32,000 nt of DNA from Pseudoalteromonas tetraodonis (GTDB lineage Bacteria; Pseudomonadota; Gammaproteobacteria; Enterobacterales; Alteromonadaceae): positions 3,240,001-3,272,000 of the forward strand of contig NZ_CP011041.1 in assembly GCF_002310835.1 (NCBI RefSeq), written 5' to 3'. The notes under the pieces are model-generated. The model had not been told where the DNA came from and did no database searches. It was given only the letters and a program-made list of their open reading frames with translations. Position 1 is the first letter of the stretch; each line of letters opens with the position of its first letter. Below, piece after piece: positions 26,757 through 32,000 of this stretch. The position numbers and the translations under genes are program-made.

Positions 26757-29153
26757 ATGAAAAAGTTTAAAAGAAAAATTCTTGCTTGCGCAATTACAAC
26801 TCAATTAATCACCTCTTATCATGCCTCAGCAGAAGAAAAGCCTAAAGTTGATAAAGAAATTGAACAGATTGAGGTTACTGCTACACGTCGCTCAGGTTCA
26901 ATTCAAGAGGCTCCTTTAAATATTACAGCGCTTAATAGTGATGTCATAAAGGATCAAAACATTGGTGATTTAGAAGATGTAGCTCGTTGGGTCCCAGGCC
27001 TAACAGTTTCAGATCAAGGTGGTCGTGAAGGTTCTCCAATTATTGTTCGAGGTTTAAATACTAACTCGTCAGATCGTGGCTCTGATGGGGGCACTGTAGC
27101 TACTTATGTTGGTGAAATACCGCTTAATATTAATCTTCGCTTGACTGATATTGATCGAGTCGAAGTATTAATTGGCCCGCAAGGTACCTTATATGGTGCT
27201 GGTACTTTAGGTGGTGCTATACGCTATTTATTAAAGCAACCACAATTAGACATTACTGAAGGTAGCGTGAGTGGCGATTTATTCGCAATTAATGAAAGCG
27301 ATGATACTGGGGGTGAGTTTGGCCTGGTATTTAATACCCCGCTTATCGATGACGTATTAGCCGTTCGTGCCAGCGTTAATCATTATGACAGACCTGGTTA
27401 TATTGATTATAAATACGTAGTACGAAACCCAGGGGTCTCAAACCCTAATCCAGATTTTACAAACCAAGATGATATTGATGAAAACTTACAACGCGTTAAT
27501 GACGTTAACGATGAGCAAATCACTACGGGACGCTTTTCTGTTCGTTGGCAGCCAAACTCATCAATTGATGCAACACTCAATTACTTTTATCAAAAACAAG
27601 AAAATGGCGGCAACTCAACGTCACAATATGGCGCATTAGCAAATAGCAGCGCACTTCAAGGTACTGTAGGTAAATATGAAAACGCAGCTCGCGTGCTTGA
27701 ACCGGGCGAGCAAGAAAACGATTTACTTAGCTTAGAAATCAAAGCTGATTTAGGCTTTGCTGAACTTGTATCAGCCTCTGGTTGGTCAAGCTATGAGCAG
27801 TCTGGGCAGCGAGATCAAACCGACTTACTTTATGATATTTGGACTGGTTACGCTGATTTTCCTGCATTTGTTGGTCAAACTTTAGATACTTCAGATCAAG
27901 ATAACTTCACTCAAGAATTGCGTTTAGTATCGGCTTCAGAGGGCCCATTAAGTTGGATTGTAGGCGGCTACTATAATAAGCAAGAAAACTTATCAGATGA
28001 CCGCGAATATACCCCAGGCTTAACTGACTTTTGGGGCGGTGGTATTGCGAACGTACAAAAAGATCTAGAATATATCGCCCTTAGTAATTCAGAAATAACA
28101 GAAAAAGCATTATTTGGTGAGGCTGGCTATAGCTTTACTGATCAGTTTGATATCACTTTGGGCGCGCGTTTATATGAATATGATATCTCCACCAATGCAG
28201 GGTCAGCTACACCACTTTATTCTGGCAATTTCTCGTCTCTTGACCAAATTGAGATGAAAAATGTTAGCGCCAATGATAACGGTAATCTATTTAAATTTAA
28301 TGCAAACTATACGTTTGATTCTGGTGTACTCGCTTACTTTACTGTCAGTGAAGGGTTTCGAATTGGTGGCGGTAATGGTATTGCGCCGTGTCCAGATGTG
28401 TTACCAGAACAGCAAATTGTTTGTGCTCTTCCAAGTGAAGAAGACTATAAGGCTGATACTACGGTAAACTATGAACTTGGCTTTAAATCAACCTGGCTCA
28501 GAAATCGATTGCACTTTAATGCTGCACTCTTTAATGTTGACTGGAATGACGCCCAAGTGGGTAGCTCTACTGTTAATGGCCAAGAGCTTATTACATCAAA
28601 TGCAGGCTCAGCAAACTCAAAAGGCGTAGAAATTTCATCTCGTGCAATCATTGGCGATCACTGGACAGCTTACGCGACTTACGCTTATGCAAAAGCAGAA
28701 CTAACTGAAGATGCACCAGATTTATTTGGTATTGGCATTGGCGCTATGAATGGGGATCGATTACCCGGCGCCCCTGAGCATCAGTTTTCATTCGGCCTTC
28801 GTTATGAGCAAGATGTGCTCGACGATAAACTACTGAGCGTTAACTACGGTATGACTGCACAAAGCGATATGATTACCAAAGTGGGCTTAAGAGACGATGG
28901 TGAGACATTAGCTGGCTATTCATTAAGCAACTTATCAGCTAAGTTAACAGGTGATATGTGGTCAGCTACATTATATATCGACAACCTGTTCGATAAGTAT
29001 GCTTTTACTTCGGTACGCCGTGATAAGTCATGGGCTGGTATGTCGACCTCTGGCGCTAATAAAGCGTTACCTGAATTACAACGCGTATACGCTCACTATA
29101 CAACAACGCCTCGCACTATTGGTATGAAGTTTACTTATAACTTTGAACTATAA
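26757..29153 (+). CDS. TonB-dependent outer-membrane receptor
   Basis: 798 aa with a signal peptide ending ...SYHASA and TonB-box/plug start EQIEVTATRR...IQEAPLNITAL. The plug motif is VEVLIGPQGTLYGAGTLGGAIRY, followed by a long barrel. The C-terminus is ...FTYNFEL, ending in Leu rather than the usual aromatic residue. Confidence 0.9.
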   Translation: MKKFKRKILACAITTQLITSYHASAEEKPKVDKEIEQIEVTATRRSGSIQEAPLNITALNSDVIKDQNIGDLEDVARWVPGLTVSDQGGREGSPIIVRGLNTNSSDRGSDGGTVATYVGEIPLNINLRLTDIDRVEVLIGPQGTLYGAGTLGGAIRYLLKQPQLDITEGSVSGDLFAINESDDTGGEFGLVFNTPLIDDVLAVRASVNHYDRPGYIDYKYVVRNPGVSNPNPDFTNQDDIDENLQRVNDVNDEQITTGRFSVRWQPNSSIDATLNYFYQKQENGGNSTSQYGALANSSALQGTVGKYENAARVLEPGEQENDLLSLEIKADLGFAELVSASGWSSYEQSGQRDQTDLLYDIWTGYADFPAFVGQTLDTSDQDNFTQELRLVSASEGPLSWIVGGYYNKQENLSDDREYTPGLTDFWGGGIANVQKDLEYIALSNSEITEKALFGEAGYSFTDQFDITLGARLYEYDISTNAGSATPLYSGNFSSLDQIEMKNVSANDNGNLFKFNANYTFDSGVLAYFTVSEGFRIGGGNGIAPCPDVLPEQQIVCALPSEEDYKADTTVNYELGFKSTWLRNRLHFNAALFNVDWNDAQVGSSTVNGQELITSNAGSANSKGVEISSRAIIGDHWTAYATYAYAKAELTEDAPDLFGIGIGAMNGDRLPGAPEHQFSFGLRYEQDVLDDKLLSVNYGMTAQSDMITKVGLRDDGETLAGYSLSNLSAKLTGDMWSATLYIDNLFDKYAFTSVRRDKSWAGMSTSGANKALPELQRVYAHYTTTPRTIGMKFTYNFEL

Positions 29154-29169
29154 AACTGAGCGATAGTTA

Positions 29170-29203
29170 AAAGCCTTGTTGATAATCAGCAAGGCTTTAT
29201 TAT
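29170..29203 (+). terminator. Probable rho-independent terminator after the second receptor gene
   Basis: aaagccttgttg pairs with cagcaaggcttt (one G-U) around loop ataat, followed by attatt, a weak T tract. The sulfotransferase gene starts only 22 nt later, so read-through is plausible. Confidence 0.5.
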
Positions 29204-29224
29204 TACCTCTCGTTAAGGTTATTT

Positions 29225-30769
29225 ATGCTAACAGCACATCAACATCAGTTAAAAACACAGGTATTTACAGCAATAAACAATAACCAGTTATCCGCCGCTC
29301 ACCAACTGCTAGTTAAGCAATTACAGTACGATGCGACAGACCATTTTTGCTATTACCTACTAGCCGAAGTGAATATTGCTGCAGGCGACAACTACAAAGC
29401 CATACAACTGATAGAAAAAGCCTTAACAATCAATAACCATCCCTTATATGTGCTGCATTTATCTAAGCTAATGATACTAAAGGGTGACGTAACATTGGCG
29501 ACCAGTTACTATCAGGAAGCTATCAAGTATCAAGGTTATGGGCCTCTAGAGTGGGATACCTTAGCTAATATAGCGACTCGACTTGGTGACTATAAACATG
29601 CTTTAGCATGGCAAAAAATAGCTTATGAAGCCGCACCTACACACCCCAAAATTAATTACAACTTAGCCATTGCCTATAAAATAAATGGCCAATTAGATCA
29701 CGCAAAAACGCTATTATTAGCGCTTATAAAACGCGAGCCAAGTTACTTACAAGCACATTACTCTCTTGCAGAACTAAATACCTCAACTGAAGCAAAAACA
29801 CATATTACCGAGCTAAAAAAACGACTTAGTAGTAGCTTAACTGCAACAGAACAGCAAATGATTTATCACAGTTTGGCACTAAATCACGAACATATTGGTG
29901 ATTATGAACAAGCTTTTAGTTACTTTCGTGATAGTAAATTGGCTATAAAACATCAAGTAAACTATGAAGCCAGCAAACACCAAATATTTTGCCAACAATT
30001 AATAGCATTAAGTGAAAAGATTCAATTAACAGCAAAAAACGCTGACTTCTCACCCATATTTGTCATGGGTATGCCTCGTTCTGGTACCACATTAGTAGAA
30101 AAAATTATTAATCAAAGTACCGAGGTGACCGGCCTTGGGGAGCTAAATGACATTGCACAGCTACTTCAAAGCACTGCGGCGTCAAAACATGTTTTAGATA
30201 TCCGTATGATTGAGCAGGCATTTCAAAAGTTTACGCTTGATAACCCCTTAAATGGCTACCAATCGCGCTGCGAAGGCATGATGACTTCATCTAGGAGCTG
30301 TGACAAGCAACCCTTTAATTTTTACTTTATTGATTTTATTTTAACTGCGTTTCCAGAGGCAAAAATAGTCTGTATGCTGCGCGACCCTGTGGATAGCTGT
30401 ATTGCAAATTACAGGCAGCTATATAGCCCGCACAGTGCATTTCATCATTACAGCTATGACTTACAAGATATTGCTCATTTTTATCAAGATTATAAGTTAC
30501 TTATCAACCACTTTCAGAAAAAGTATCCTAATAATGTAATGATTCAACACTATGAAGAGCTAGTAACAGATGCCACCTTGCAAACTCAAACATTATTTAA
30601 TTTTTGTAATTTACAATGGCAGCCCAGCTGCTTAGCGTTTTATAAAAGCAACAGCGCCTCGGCTACTGCTAGCAAAGTGCAAATTCGCCAACCACTCAAT
30701 AGTAAGAGTATTGGCTACTGGCAACATTATCAGCAAGCCTGTGATATGTTATCGAATAAGTTTAATTAA
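29225..30769 (+). CDS. Cytoplasmic TPR-repeat protein fused to a PAPS-dependent sulfotransferase domain
   Basis: 514 aa with no signal peptide. The N-terminal ~250 aa contain TPR-like repeats, for example GDYKHALAWQKIAYEAAPTHPKINYNLAIAYKINGQLDHA. The C-terminal domain has the 5'-PSB loop FVMGMPRSGTTLVEKI and a 3'-PB-like MLRDPVDSCIANY motif typical of sulfotransferases. Confidence 0.85.
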   Translation: MLTAHQHQLKTQVFTAINNNQLSAAHQLLVKQLQYDATDHFCYYLLAEVNIAAGDNYKAIQLIEKALTINNHPLYVLHLSKLMILKGDVTLATSYYQEAIKYQGYGPLEWDTLANIATRLGDYKHALAWQKIAYEAAPTHPKINYNLAIAYKINGQLDHAKTLLLALIKREPSYLQAHYSLAELNTSTEAKTHITELKKRLSSSLTATEQQMIYHSLALNHEHIGDYEQAFSYFRDSKLAIKHQVNYEASKHQIFCQQLIALSEKIQLTAKNADFSPIFVMGMPRSGTTLVEKIINQSTEVTGLGELNDIAQLLQSTAASKHVLDIRMIEQAFQKFTLDNPLNGYQSRCEGMMTSSRSCDKQPFNFYFIDFILTAFPEAKIVCMLRDPVDSCIANYRQLYSPHSAFHHYSYDLQDIAHFYQDYKLLINHFQKKYPNNVMIQHYEELVTDATLQTQTLFNFCNLQWQPSCLAFYKSNSASATASKVQIRQPLNSKSIGYWQHYQQACDMLSNKFN

Positions 30770-30873
30770 TCGATAATAATTAGCAAGTCATGCCTTTCAC
30801 CCGCAATTAGTGATTTAAACATAGCTAAAAATCATGAAAAACAAGGCTCTGGTGTGTTATTAACCCACTTACC

Positions 30874-32000
30874 TTAAAGTAAAGTCAGTCGTTTTATCAT
30901 TCTTTTTAATGCCGGTGCTTTAAGTGGTTTGTACAATAAAGGATAACCTGCATCGAGTACGCGCTCGCGTATTTGCTCATCATGGTTTGCAGTATTAACA
31001 ATGGCAGGCAACGTCATTAATCCTGCTTGTTCAATCACCTCAAGCCCCGTTACACCATCATCCAATTGATAATCAACAATAAGTAGTTGTGGTAGTGTAT
31101 TTTCTGCTTTGAGTTGCTCAAGTTCAATTAAGTTAGTGGCGGTGGCAATTTCACAGCCCCAGTTTTCTAGCAACTGTTTTAGCGCTTCAAGTACATTACG
31201 ATCGTTATCCACAAGCCAAATACATAAACGACCCAATTCAGTTTCTGAATTGGCAGGTACATGCGCAGTGGCTGGTGTTTTTAAACTAGGTTTGCATGGC
31301 ATGGTTAAAGTAAATTGAGTGCCTTTATTAAGCTGAGAGCCCATTACCAAAGGAATATTTAATAAATCACAAATACGTTTGGTGATAGAAAGCCCCAATC
31401 CTAATCCCTCGGCGTTAGGTTTATCGCCCAGCTGCTTAAATTCTTGATAAATACTCTGCTGATCACTGGTAGCAATGCCTATGCCTGTATCTTCAATCAC
31501 AAACGATACATGATGTTCATCAAGTAAAACTTTTAAACGTACTTCACCATACTCTGTGTAGCGTATAGCATTACTAAGTAAGTTTCTTAGTACACGCTTA
31601 AGTAATGCTTTGTCGGTATAAATTCGCGCATCGCACGACTCAACGATAAAACCGAGGCCTTTTTCTTGAGCTAGTGCTAAATAATCATTACGCAGTGGCT
31701 CTATTAAACTACTCACATTAAATTCCGTTAACTGCACTTTAAACGAACCTGAATCGAGTTTAGTTAACTCTAAAATACTCGAAAGTAGCTCTTCTGCACT
31801 TGCTAAGGAATTTTTAATATTCATAGCTAGATCTTTAAGCTCAGTATCTTGGGCTTTTTCGTTCATTAGCGAACAAAATAAACTTGCGGCATTAAATGGC
31901 TGCAATAAATCGTGACTCGCCGCGGCAAAAAAACGCGTTTTACTTACTGTTGCCTGCTCTGCTACTTGCTTAGCTTTAGAAAGCGCTTGGTTAGCCTGTG
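30874..32000 (-). CDS. Hybrid sensor histidine kinase (HisKA + HATPase_c + C-terminal receiver), N-terminal sensor part lies outside the window
   Basis: The frame stays open to the window edge beyond the TTG picked by the ORF track. Hand translation of 31906-31998 gives ...TRFFAAASHDLLQPFNAASLF, the H-box. Downstream are the N box (LLSNAIRYT), G1 (DTGIGI) and G2 (GLGLGLSI). A receiver follows, with D in LLIVDYQLDDG and K in LLYKPLK. Confidence 0.88.
   Translation of the reverse strand, partial: QANQALSKAKQVAEQATVSKTRFFAAASHDLLQPFNAASLFCSLMNEKAQDTELKDLAMNIKNSLASAEELLSSILELTKLDSGSFKVQLTEFNVSSLIEPLRNDYLALAQEKGLGFIVESCDARIYTDKALLKRVLRNLLSNAIRYTEYGEVRLKVLLDEHHVSFVIEDTGIGIATSDQQSIYQEFKQLGDKPNAEGLGLGLSITKRICDLLNIPLVMGSQLNKGTQFTLTMPCKPSLKTPATAHVPANSETELGRLCIWLVDNDRNVLEALKQLLENWGCEIATATNLIELEQLKAENTLPQLLIVDYQLDDGVTGLEVIEQAGLMTLPAIVNTANHDEQIRERVLDAGYPLLYKPLKAPALKRMIKRLTLL

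Overview
This is a roughly 40% GC gammaproteobacterial chromosome segment. Gene order and protein sequences look like Alteromonadales, probably Pseudoalteromonas. That call rests on my recognition of motifs only, since no database search was possible.

Positions 1-18000 are ordinary core genome:
- One tightly packed plus-strand array with no hairpin terminator that I could see until after hemB: ubiE-ubiJ-ubiB-tatA-tatB-tatC-orf169-tatD-diguanylate cyclase-hemB.
- A terminator-insulated ExeM/NucH-type extracellular nuclease gene.
- opgG-opgH (osmoregulated periplasmic glucans).
- A stand-alone EF-G paralogue on the minus strand.

Positions 18200-32000 look more accessory:
- A five-gene minus-strand operon for 3-hydroxybutyrate/ketone-body catabolism: GntP-type permease, exported MetX-like esterase, 3-hydroxybutyrate dehydrogenase, CoA transferase A and B.
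- A TonB-dependent receptor transcribed divergently from that operon. The two share a 17-nt repeated operator-like motif.
- A cluster of a NarL/LuxR response regulator, a second TonB-dependent receptor, a cytoplasmic TPR-sulfotransferase and a convergent hybrid histidine kinase that is cut by the window edge.

I found no rRNA, tRNA, CRISPR array, transposase, integrase, phage gene or recognisable defence system.

The most unusual unexplained sequence is a ~200-bp GC-rich element at 25441-25642. It is bounded by ~36-nt imperfect inverted repeats and followed immediately by a perfect 10-bp hairpin. The two candidate systems I would follow up are inferences, not demonstrated functions:
- The TonB receptor + exported esterase + 3HB operon, read as an envelope-spanning hydroxybutyrate-oligomer scavenging route.
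- The TonB receptor-linked TPR-sulfotransferase / two-component cluster.
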